A stretch of DNA of 51,336 bases from an uncultured Bacilli bacterium (GTDB lineage Bacteria; Bacillota_I; Bacilli_A; RF39; UBA660): contig CANQIN010000002.1 of NCBI GenBank assembly GCA_947623995.1, positions 1-51,336 of the forward strand. Direction: 5' to 3'. Below, piece by piece: positions 17,555-25,598 of this stretch. The position numbers and the translations under genes were made by a program. Each line of letters opens with the position of its first letter. Positions within the stretch are counted from its first letter, which is position 1. The notes beneath the pieces are model-generated. The model did not search any database, was not told the DNA's origin, and saw only the letters and a program-made list of their open reading frames with translations.

Positions 17555-18224
17555 GACTATCCTCCACTATTTTACCATCAGCAATTTTAATAATTCGATC
17601 AGCACATTTAGCAATTTCCATATTATGAGTAATCATTAATATAGTTTGATTATATTCTTTATTTGATTTCATTAAAAGGGCAATAACTTCTTCACTAGCT
17701 TTTGAATCTAAATTACCAGTTGGTTCATCAGCAAGTATTAAAGCTGGACTCGTTATTAAGGCTCTTCCAATACTTGTTCTTTGTTGTTCTCCTCCCGATA
17801 ATTCATTAGGCAAATGAGCTTTTCTTTTTTCTAATCCAAGTAATTTTAACATTTCATTTATCTTTTCATCACTAACACTTCTTTTATCTAATGAAAGTGG
17901 TAAAGTTATATTTTCAACAACATTTAAAATTGGTAATAAATTATAAAATTGATAAATAAACCCTACTTGTCTTCTTCTAAAAATTGCTAATTTATCATCA
18001 TTTAATTTATATATATCATTACTATCAACAAAAACTTTTCCACTAGTAGGTTTATCTAACCCTCCAATTAAATGTAAAAGAGTCGACTTCCCACTTCCAC
18101 TAGCTCCAACAATAGCTACAAATTCTCCTTTATTAACTTTAAAACTAACATTGTCTAAAGCTGTAACTTTAGTTTCTCCTTTTCCATATACTTTACATAA
18201 ATTTTCAACTCTTAAAATTTCCAT
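17541..18224 (-). CDS. ABC transporter ATP-binding protein (MacB/BceA-like)
   Basis: Walker A GASGSGKST, signature LSGGEQQR and Walker B LILADEPT. It overlaps the permease start by 14 nt. Confidence 0.9.
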   Translation of the reverse strand: MEILRVENLCKVYGKGETKVTALDNVSFKVNKGEFVAIVGASGSGKSTLLHLIGGLDKPTSGKVFVDSNDIYKLNDDKLAIFRRRQVGFIYQFYNLLPILNVVENITLPLSLDKRSVSDEKINEMLKLLGLEKRKAHLPNELSGGEQQRTSIGRALITSPALILADEPTGNLDSKASEEVIALLMKSNKEYNQTILMITHNMEIAKCADRIIKIADGKIVEDSHESV

Positions 18225-18249
18225 AAATAAAATTCCTTTCTAAAATCTA

Positions 18250-18283
18250 ATTATATTTTTCTAAAGTTACAATTTAGTTACAA
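18250..18283 (-). promoter_or_regulatory. ABC operon promoter with an 11-bp-phased direct repeat (candidate response-regulator box)
   Basis: Minus strand reads TTGTAACtaaa TTGTAACttta gaaaaa TATAAT. The repeats are at 18283-18277 and 18272-18266, and the -10 is at 18255-18250. The repeats replace a canonical -35. Confidence 0.45.
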
Positions 18284-18294
18284 ATAAAAAAGAA

Positions 18295-18963
18295 TTATTT
18301 ATTTTTTCTAATTCTTTTAAAACTATTATTATTAATACATTTTCTAATAGTTAAATATTTTTTAGCATTAATATTAAACTCTTCATATTTAACTTTATCT
18401 TTAAAACAATTACATATATATTCTATAAAACTAATATTTTCATCATAATATTTATAATCTTCAATATTAATTTTTTCATTAAAATCAAACTCTATATCAT
18501 CAAAATTAACTTCTTTATAATAATTATATACTTTATCTATTAACATATCTAAATTACTTAATTCTATTATACTAACATCTGTACTATTACATATTTCTTG
18601 TATATCTAAAATTAAAGTATTATATAAATCCATACACTCATAATAAACTTCTTCTTCTAAAATACTTTTATTATTACCTTTAGTATACATAACTACTACT
18701 AAATCTTTTAATTTACTATTAATTACTTTAATTAATTCAATACTTTCTCTATTAGTACTTTTTAAAACTTTTTCTTTACAAATAAAATTTTGTAACTTTA
18801 AATTATATCTTGTTAAAAAACTAAATATTATATGTTTTTTTAAATATTTTAAATCATTATAATATTTTCCTAAATTATCATTAATTATATTTCCTTCTAT
18901 TTCTAATTTTTTTACTTTATCATTTAATTTATTTTGATCTTCATTAGATATAAAATAACTCAT
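18295..18963 (-). CDS. Hypothetical protein (222 aa), no recognisable domain
   Basis: GAGGTGG SD lies upstream of the ATG. The protein is K/N/E/I-rich and very AT-rich at the nucleotide level. Confidence 0.6.
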   Translation of the reverse strand: MSYFISNEDQNKLNDKVKKLEIEGNIINDNLGKYYNDLKYLKKHIIFSFLTRYNLKLQNFICKEKVLKSTNRESIELIKVINSKLKDLVVVMYTKGNNKSILEEEVYYECMDLYNTLILDIQEICNSTDVSIIELSNLDMLIDKVYNYYKEVNFDDIEFDFNEKINIEDYKYYDENISFIEYICNCFKDKVKYEEFNINAKKYLTIRKCINNNSFKRIRKNK

Positions 18964-18973
18964 ACTACCACCT

Positions 18974-19765
18974 CTATAAAAATTTATTTATATTTTTAAT
19001 TATTTCTAATTTTTGATTTTGTTTATCAATTTCTTCATTTAATGTTCTTGCTTCATTAAGAAGAGATATTTTAATTTGTAATAATTCTTTATGATTAAAT
19101 TCATAAATATTAGATAAATCCTCTTTTAATTCTTTTTTTTCTACTTCTAGATTACCTCTAAATGTATGAAAAATCAATACTGTATTTAAAAATTTTTCAT
19201 AAGACCAATCTTTTAATAGGGCAAGTTCACAGATACTGTATATATTAGGAAAAGAGGCAATTTTATCAATATCTTCTTCTTTAACATTTTTAGGCATTTC
19301 AATATTTCTTGGAATTCGAAAGGCAACTTGATTTAAAAAGCCACGCATTTCACTAGCTATATGAGCATAATCAATAATAGTTTCATAACTTAATGAAGGA
19401 TTACTTAATAGATTTGTTAAAATTCGATTATACATTTTATAACATTTTTTTAATGTTTCATATACAGTTCTTTTGATAACTGACATATTATCAGTACCAG
19501 TTTGAACTGATAAAGAATTAACACCATACAATAAATCAGATTTTAAGCCATAAAATATTTTACGATATTCTTTCTTTTTTAAATTTTGATTTAAAATATA
19601 ATCATAACCTAATTTAGCTTGCCAATGGCTTAATTTATAAAAAGGTTTTTGAAAATCTTCTTGTTTTTTTTCTAAAGCTGTTTTAGTTTCTTCTACTTCA
19701 TTTTCATATTCTTTTAACATATTTTCTAATTGTTCTTTAGCTTCTTCACTAATCCAAGTATACAC
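18974..19765 (-). CDS. Hypothetical coiled-coil-rich protein (~263 aa)
   Basis: AGGAGG SD lies 7 nt before a GTG at 19765 (VYTWISEEAKEQLE..). The longer track ORF start lacks an SD. Confidence 0.6.
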   Translation of the reverse strand: MYTWISEEAKEQLENMLKEYENEVEETKTALEKKQEDFQKPFYKLSHWQAKLGYDYILNQNLKKKEYRKIFYGLKSDLLYGVNSLSVQTGTDNMSVIKRTVYETLKKCYKMYNRILTNLLSNPSLSYETIIDYAHIASEMRGFLNQVAFRIPRNIEMPKNVKEEDIDKIASFPNIYSICELALLKDWSYEKFLNTVLIFHTFRGNLEVEKKELKEDLSNIYEFNHKELLQIKISLLNEARTLNEEIDKQNQKLEIIKNINKFL

Positions 19766-19875
19766 AATAATTCCTCCTTTACACAACTACTTTAGTTTAC
19801 CACAAATAAGAAAAAAGCCAAGCTTAAATTTTTAAAAAATTTTCTATACGATATTATATGTGAAAAATTATGTAG

Positions 19876-19898
19876 AAAAAAATCTAGTATAAACTAGA
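19876..19898 (-). terminator. Intrinsic terminator after paralog 19904-21622
   Basis: Minus strand TCTAGT-TTAT-ACTAGA followed by T7. Confidence 0.65.
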
Positions 19899-19903
19899 CT
19901 AAA

Positions 19904-21622
19904 TTAAAAAGCCAAAACAAGTCGAAAACTATCCCATTTTGCTAAACTGCCATATGCTTCATAAGAACGGAATATACCAGAACCAATGCCATCAGTGAAA
20001 TGGCCACCACGTCTAACCCATGGTCCAGCCGAATAGACAATCCAAGCCTCATCGTCATACCAACTGCCTACATATCTTGACTGTGTTAAATACTTCATAC
20101 TTTGGAACGGGCCCATTTCTTTTGTTGCATCTCCTAAAAAGCTTCGATTATATGATGTATTGCTTGTACTATAAGCGTATTTATCATAATATCTTTCATC
20201 GGTTGGTAAGGCAATTCCTTCTGTTACTTCTGAAATATTGTGATTTATTTCTACTCCACTATCATTACATTCTGGACATGTTAATTTTCCTATAAATCCT
20301 GAATTATATGCATTATGCCGTCCTGATGATAATTTTCCAGTATGACCATCTCCTGTTGAATTGTCATCCATTCCAGCCATCATAGTTTCCCAAGATCCTC
20401 CACTCATGTCATATATTCCACTGTAATTTCCAGTTGTACTTGCTACCACACTTGCTTTATTAAAATAATTGGTGTTATACTCACCATCAGCTCCAGGTGA
20501 TGATACACCTCCATATTCATTGCAAGCATCAGGTGTATTACTACATAACTCATTTGTTCCTGTATATCCTGTAGTTGGTTCACGTATTGCAGCATAACCT
20601 GTTAAATAATTGGAATTATTATTGATTCTTACACTTTCATGACTTCCATACACACTATGTTGTAAATAGGCTACGGCTCCCCATTCACTATTTTTCATCA
20701 TATGACTTTTTAAAGACTCTTCATAATGTAATCCCACTATGTATGCTTTTGCTACTTGAATACTTCTCCATGAATATACATTTGGTTTAATTATGACTTT
20801 ATTTGCTGCTTCTATAGAAGCTGCTTCATCACTAGGATTTATCTCTGCAACTTGTGTTCTTTCTGCTCCATCATATCCAGTTTCAAATTTTCCTACCCAT
20901 ATTCCATTGGTATTAAATGATGTGAAGGCTGGATGGGTTAACCATTCACCTTGTTTACTTCCATTTTGTACTTCTTCATCTTTTGTTTCAAATATCACAT
21001 TAATTATTTGTTCTTTATTTGTTTTCGTTGTTAATCCATTATAATTTCCTTCATCAAATATTTGATATCGATATCTGGGGATCCATACAAAATAACTTTC
21101 AATATCTCTTTCTTCTATTGGTTCATTTTCTCCTGGGTCTTCTACACCACTTCTTAATATGACTGCATTTGCCCACTTTTGAGCTCTATAATCATACCAC
21201 TTTTCTTTTTCACTTGCTCTTGTTACTAGTCCATTTTCTTCATTTATTACTATTGGTATTAATTTACTACTTAATTCTGGATCTGCTCCATTTAATTCTC
21301 TATCTATATATTTATTATTAAAATATAAAGTACACTTAGTTTTATTTTTTCTTAAATTCTTTATTAATGGAGCCCATTCTTCACTATTCCATTCAATACT
21401 TGCTCCATTATCACATTCTCCATCTATATAAACTAATCCTTCACTATTTTCTTTACTTGGCATTTCACTTATTTTTTCTTTTCCTTTATAAAAGGCTATA
21501 TCTATATTTTCATTACTATTTTCATTTATTAATAATTTTTCATAGTTTGTAAATGTTAATATATTTAATCCACTTATTAATATCACAATAATTATTAACA
21601 TTATATTTAATTTTTTCTTCAT
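19904..21622 (-). CDS. Paralog family member, class-I N-module fused to an unrelated FGE-sulfatase/SUMF1-like C-domain (type d)
   Basis: N-module IAFYKGKEKISEMP..GECDNGASIEWNSEEWAPLIKNLRKNKTKCTLYF. The C-terminal part has HPAF..GIWVGKFE, GIYDMSGGSWE, RRGGHF and a FRLVLAF end, and lacks the NLRYIG/PSDYGYA motifs. Confidence 0.8.
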   Translation of the reverse strand: MKKKLNIMLIIIVILISGLNILTFTNYEKLLINENSNENIDIAFYKGKEKISEMPSKENSEGLVYIDGECDNGASIEWNSEEWAPLIKNLRKNKTKCTLYFNNKYIDRELNGADPELSSKLIPIVINEENGLVTRASEKEKWYDYRAQKWANAVILRSGVEDPGENEPIEERDIESYFVWIPRYRYQIFDEGNYNGLTTKTNKEQIINVIFETKDEEVQNGSKQGEWLTHPAFTSFNTNGIWVGKFETGYDGAERTQVAEINPSDEAASIEAANKVIIKPNVYSWRSIQVAKAYIVGLHYEESLKSHMMKNSEWGAVAYLQHSVYGSHESVRINNNSNYLTGYAAIREPTTGYTGTNELCSNTPDACNEYGGVSSPGADGEYNTNYFNKASVVASTTGNYSGIYDMSGGSWETMMAGMDDNSTGDGHTGKLSSGRHNAYNSGFIGKLTCPECNDSGVEINHNISEVTEGIALPTDERYYDKYAYSTSNTSYNRSFLGDATKEMGPFQSMKYLTQSRYVGSWYDDEAWIVYSAGPWVRRGGHFTDGIGSGIFRSYEAYGSLAKWDSFRLVLAF

Positions 21623-21649
21623 CTTATAATCACTCTATTCTATAGAGTA

Positions 21650-21681
21650 ATTATAACCCATAACCCCCCCCCCTGTGTCAA
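21650..21681 (-). promoter_or_regulatory. Switch promoter P3: TTGACA-CA-G10-TTATGGGT-TATAAT (20-nt spacer)
   Basis: -35 at 21681-21676; plus-strand C10 at 21664-21673; -10 at 21655-21650. The ATG is at 21622. Confidence 0.7.
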
Positions 21682-21742
21682 TATTTAATTATTATTTTAA
21701 ACCACTTTTAACTATAATTTTTTTAAGAAAATTATTATTCAT

Positions 21743-21778
21743 AAAAAAATCTAAATTGTAATTTAACAAATTAGATTT
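21743..21778 (-). terminator. Intrinsic terminator after class-II paralog 21786-23363
   Basis: Minus strand AAATCTAATTT..loop..AATTTAGATTT (one mismatch) followed by TTTTTTAT. The homologous site at 34728/36329 is the one split by the IS. Confidence 0.5.
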
Positions 21779-21785
21779 AATAGTC

Positions 21786-23363
21786 TTATTCTATCATAAA
21801 TGGATTATCGATACTTCCATATTTCAAATCATTATTCGGATTTTCTAATATTTTAATATTTGATTTTAAATAGGCTACAGGTTTAATATTTCCAAAAGTA
21901 TCAACGCCTCCACTTGTAGCATATCCCTCAGCTGAAACAAAAAATGCAGTATGAGAATATTCTGTTAATGGAGCTGGATTAATAGTCCAAACATTAGTAT
22001 TAGAGCTAAGCCAATCATTTAAATTACAATTTTCTGTATTATAGGTATTTATACTTTTTATTAAACAATTTGTTCTTACATTTCCTCCTACCGCATAGCC
22101 ATAATCCGATGGATGTATTAAACCTATATATCCATCCCATGTTGTTTTTCTTTCTACTTCATCATTGCAATATATTCCACCTGTATTTTCACATTGTTCT
22201 TTACCATTATGATTACTTCGTTCACTTTCATACATGTATTGAGCTGTTATTTTATTTGAATAATCTATTTCACCAACTGTTCCAGTATACCATCTTACTT
22301 TTGCTATCTTACTCTTTACTTCTTCACTTAGCCCACTATTTGTAAATTCACATGGTATATTTAATTCGCTATATGCATTATAACAATATCCTTTTCCTCT
22401 TGTCCAATATAAACTTGCTCCGATTTCTGGTGTTCCACTATATACATCTTGAGGATTTAATAATTTCATTACATCAGCTTGACTCCATTCATTTACTCCC
22501 CAACCATTATTTATATTTGGTGCACTACTATCCCAGCTATAATCTCCTATATTATCTGCTCTTATTATTTTTACTAAACTTTCTTGCTTTTCAATATCAT
22601 CTAAACTTGTGATATTATTCATAACACCAATTACTCGCCATAATATTGGATTACCATCACCATCTCTATCTCCTATATCTATATAGTTATTTGGTTCTGC
22701 TCCAATATATCTTAAATTATTATCTTTGGTATTATCATATGATAAATTTGTTTCTTCGGTTTTGGCTATTTCTTCTATATAATCACTTGCTACTTGTTCA
22801 CCTATTTTTCCTTCAACCACTATTTTTGATTTTGCTATTTCATTTTCTATTCCACTTTCTTTTGTTACTTCTTCTTTTATCCATAATCTTAACTCATAGT
22901 TTACACTTTCTAATTTTCTTAATCTTCCTTCTGTTAATTGACGACTTTCTTTTGCTTCACTTATTTTTGGTATTTCATTTTCAGGATATTTACTTAATAT
23001 TTTAGGTTCTGTTTCTGTTTCTTCTTTATTTAATAATACTTTTATATTTTCACTATTTAATGTTGTTTCATTTAACATTTCTAAATTTATACTATAATCT
23101 ACATAATTTTCACATTCATTACGGATTGTAAATTTATATGGCTCTAGAATTTTTCCTTCTACATCTGTTTTTGGAAATGTATTTGTTAAACTTATGTTAT
23201 CTTCTTTATTTGTTAATTCTATATCTAAACAACTTGTACTTAAGATATTTTCATTTGTTTGTTCTTTTGTTATTACCCATAAAGCATAACTTACTCCTAT
23301 AGTTATTATTATTAACATTATTACCACTAATCCTATATATAATTTCTTTTTATTTTTGGCCAT
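21786..23363 (-). CDS. Paralog family member, class-II (TasA/camelysin-like) N-module with type-a C-module
   Basis: AAGGAGAA SD lies before the ATG at 23363 (MAKNKKKLYIGLVV..). The sequence continues SYALWVITKEQTNENILSTSCLDIELTN..FTIRNECENYVDYS. The C-module closely parallels 11249-12619 (KIAKVRWYTGT, NGKEQCE, YCNDEVERKTTWDGYIGLIHPSDYGYA). Confidence 0.85.
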   Translation of the reverse strand: MAKNKKKLYIGLVVIMLIIITIGVSYALWVITKEQTNENILSTSCLDIELTNKEDNISLTNTFPKTDVEGKILEPYKFTIRNECENYVDYSINLEMLNETTLNSENIKVLLNKEETETEPKILSKYPENEIPKISEAKESRQLTEGRLRKLESVNYELRLWIKEEVTKESGIENEIAKSKIVVEGKIGEQVASDYIEEIAKTEETNLSYDNTKDNNLRYIGAEPNNYIDIGDRDGDGNPILWRVIGVMNNITSLDDIEKQESLVKIIRADNIGDYSWDSSAPNINNGWGVNEWSQADVMKLLNPQDVYSGTPEIGASLYWTRGKGYCYNAYSELNIPCEFTNSGLSEEVKSKIAKVRWYTGTVGEIDYSNKITAQYMYESERSNHNGKEQCENTGGIYCNDEVERKTTWDGYIGLIHPSDYGYAVGGNVRTNCLIKSINTYNTENCNLNDWLSSNTNVWTINPAPLTEYSHTAFFVSAEGYATSGGVDTFGNIKPVAYLKSNIKILENPNNDLKYGSIDNPFMIE

Positions 23364-23403
23364 AACACATTCTCCTTGTATAACTATTATTTTTATTATC
23401 AAT

Positions 23404-23432
23404 ATTATATAACTATTTCTTTATATTCGCAA
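23404..23432 (-). promoter_or_regulatory. Tract-free promoter of class-II paralog 21786-23363
   Basis: TTGCGA (23432-23427), 17 nt, TATAAT (23409-23404). Confidence 0.55.
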
Positions 23433-23435
23433 AGA

Positions 23436-24107
23436 TTATATTGTTTTTTTCACTAATTCACAAATATATTCATGTCCTTTATAATTTAAATAATAATTAT
23501 TTGGTAACATATAAAAATCTTTATGTAATATAACACTAGTAATATCTACAAAATTTATATTATATTTATTTGCTATACCTTTTAATTCATTATTTATTTT
23601 TAAAATATTATCTTTACTTAATTTTAAACTTTCATATAAACTCGTAACAATAATATTACCATTCTTATTAATATTTCTAATCATTTTCATAACTTTATCC
23701 ATATTATCTATATATTCTAAAATATTTTTACTTTTTAATCCTTTAAGATTATTTAATTCATCCATTCCTAAACTAATAGTTATAATTTTAGCTTTACTTA
23801 TAGCTTGTTGAATAGTTAAATTACTATTTTTTAAAATTTCATTATTACTTAATTTATTTAATAGACTTTTACTTGTTTCGTCAACACTTGCAAAATCACT
23901 TATATATTCTCTTAAAATAGTATTATCTTCAAAATAATCTTTTAAATAATCATTGTAACTATAACCTTTAACATTATAAGCAGTAAGACCTAGCGAAATA
24001 CCATCTCCTAAAGCTAAAAAATTCATTTCTTCATGATAAGTTATTTTATAAATAAAAAAAGCCAAAATAGTTCCTGTTAAAATAGTTAAGATGATTTGTT
24101 TTTTCAA
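23436..24107 (-). CDS. Membrane-anchored SGNH/GDSL-like hydrolase (tentative)
   Basis: N-terminal TM helix followed by LALGDGISLG (a block-I-like motif). No other strong motif was recognised. Confidence 0.4.
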   Translation of the reverse strand: MKKQIILTILTGTILAFFIYKITYHEEMNFLALGDGISLGLTAYNVKGYSYNDYLKDYFEDNTILREYISDFASVDETSKSLLNKLSNNEILKNSNLTIQQAISKAKIITISLGMDELNNLKGLKSKNILEYIDNMDKVMKMIRNINKNGNIIVTSLYESLKLSKDNILKINNELKGIANKYNINFVDITSVILHKDFYMLPNNYYLNYKGHEYICELVKKTI

Positions 24108-24208
24108 AATTTCATCACCTATATAATTTTATGCTTCTTTTATTTTTAAAAAACTATTTAACATTATTTTGACTAATTTTTTTTAATAATAAATTTAAAA
24201 TATAATTA

Positions 24209-25465
24209 TTAATTTTCTTCAACTAATTCAATATCTGCCCCAACACTTTTTAATTTTAAAACTATATCAGAATATCCTCTTAATATGTATTCGGCATTTT
24301 TAATAGTTGTTTTACCACTAGCATAAAGCCCCGCTAAAATAAGGGATGCTCCTGCTCTTAAATCAGTAGCTTTAATATTAGCTCCATTAAGTTTAGTTTG
24401 ACCAGTAATAATGGTTGTACTACCATTTATTTTTATTTTAGCATTCATTTTATTTAATTCAGAAACATGACCCATTCTGCTAGAATAAATGGTTTCTTCA
24501 ATAAAACTTGTTCCCCAACATTGAGTTAATAAGGTTGTCATTGGTTGGGCAAGGTCAGTTGGAAATCCTGGATATGGTAATGTTTTAATGTTTATAGGTT
24601 TATAACTAGGTTTACAATTTACTTCTAAACCATTTTTCACTCTTAATATATTAACACCCATATCTTTTAATTTACTAAGTAAAGCTTTTAAATGTTCTTC
24701 AATCAAGTTATCCACAACAAAATTTTTACCTAACATAGCCCCAAGAATTAAATAGGTTCCAGCTTCAATACGATCTGGAATAACTTCAACAATAGCATGA
24801 TGAAGATGATTTACTCCTTCTATTTTAATACTACTAGTTCCAGCCCCAGTAATTTTAGCACCCATATTGTTTAAAAATGTTGCAACATTAACAATTTCCG
24901 GTTCTTTAGCAGCATTGTTAATAATCGTTACCCCTTCAGCTTTTACAGCAGCAAGCATAATATTAATGGTCGCTCCAACACTAGCAATATCTAAATATAT
25001 TTCAGCACCAGTTAATTTATCAGCTGTAATTAAAAAATAATTATCTTTAGTTTCAATTTTAGCTCCTAAACTTTCAAAGCCTTTAAAATGTAAATCAATC
25101 TTTCTTTCACCAAAGTCACATCCCCCAGGAAAGGCTATCTCTACTTTTCGATTCTTGCCAAGTAAAGCTCCCATGAAATAATAAGAGCCTCGTAGTTTAG
25201 AACATAATTCTTCCCCAATTAATTTATTTTCTAAATTACTAGCATCAACACTTATTTCATCTTCTTTATAGGTAGTTTTAACATTTAACAAATTTAAAAT
25301 ATCAATTAAAGCATACGTATCTGAAATATTAGGTACATTATAAATAGTTGCAATTTCATCACATAAAATAGCGGCCGGTAAAAGAGCCACAGCACTATTC
25401 TTAGCACCAGATACGTGAATTGTTCCAGATAAGGTTTTTCCTCCATTAATGATAATCTTTTTCAA
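24209..25465 (-). CDS. murA: UDP-N-acetylglucosamine 1-carboxyvinyltransferase
   Basis: KKIIINGGKTLSGTIHVSGAKNSAVALLPAAIL, with full-length similarity pattern to MurA. The start was set at the TTG at 25465 behind an AAGGTGGG SD; the track ORF's 32-aa extension is not MurA-like. Confidence 0.9.
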   Translation of the reverse strand: MKKIIINGGKTLSGTIHVSGAKNSAVALLPAAILCDEIATIYNVPNISDTYALIDILNLLNVKTTYKEDEISVDASNLENKLIGEELCSKLRGSYYFMGALLGKNRKVEIAFPGGCDFGERKIDLHFKGFESLGAKIETKDNYFLITADKLTGAEIYLDIASVGATINIMLAAVKAEGVTIINNAAKEPEIVNVATFLNNMGAKITGAGTSSIKIEGVNHLHHAIVEVIPDRIEAGTYLILGAMLGKNFVVDNLIEEHLKALLSKLKDMGVNILRVKNGLEVNCKPSYKPINIKTLPYPGFPTDLAQPMTTLLTQCWGTSFIEETIYSSRMGHVSELNKMNAKIKINGSTTIITGQTKLNGANIKATDLRAGASLILAGLYASGKTTIKNAEYILRGYSDIVLKLKSVGADIELVEEN

Positions 25466-25547
25466 ACAAAACACCCACCTTGCATATAATATACCAAATT
25501 TTACCCTATTTTTAAAGGCTTCTTTATTATTGTTGACATTAAATAGT

Positions 25548-25581
25548 AAAAGAAAAAGCATAATCTATAAATAGTTTATGC
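25548..25581 (-). terminator. Intrinsic terminator after paralog 25599-26945
   Basis: Minus strand GCATAA-12 nt-TTATGC followed by TTTTTCTTTT. Confidence 0.5.
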
Positions 25582-25598
25582 AAGATTTTTTTTAAAAT

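Noticed and set aside
15939-17639. Plus-strand ORFs antisense to the ABC permease and ATPase genes
   Set aside because: These are shadow ORFs within well-supported CDSs.
25466-25561. N-terminal extensions proposed by the ORF track (murA, and also 1109-1156, 1662-1691, 19766-19786, 23364-23402 and 48366-48404)
   Set aside because: The extensions lack SD sequences and homology. Internal starts with good SD sequences match the expected protein N-termini.
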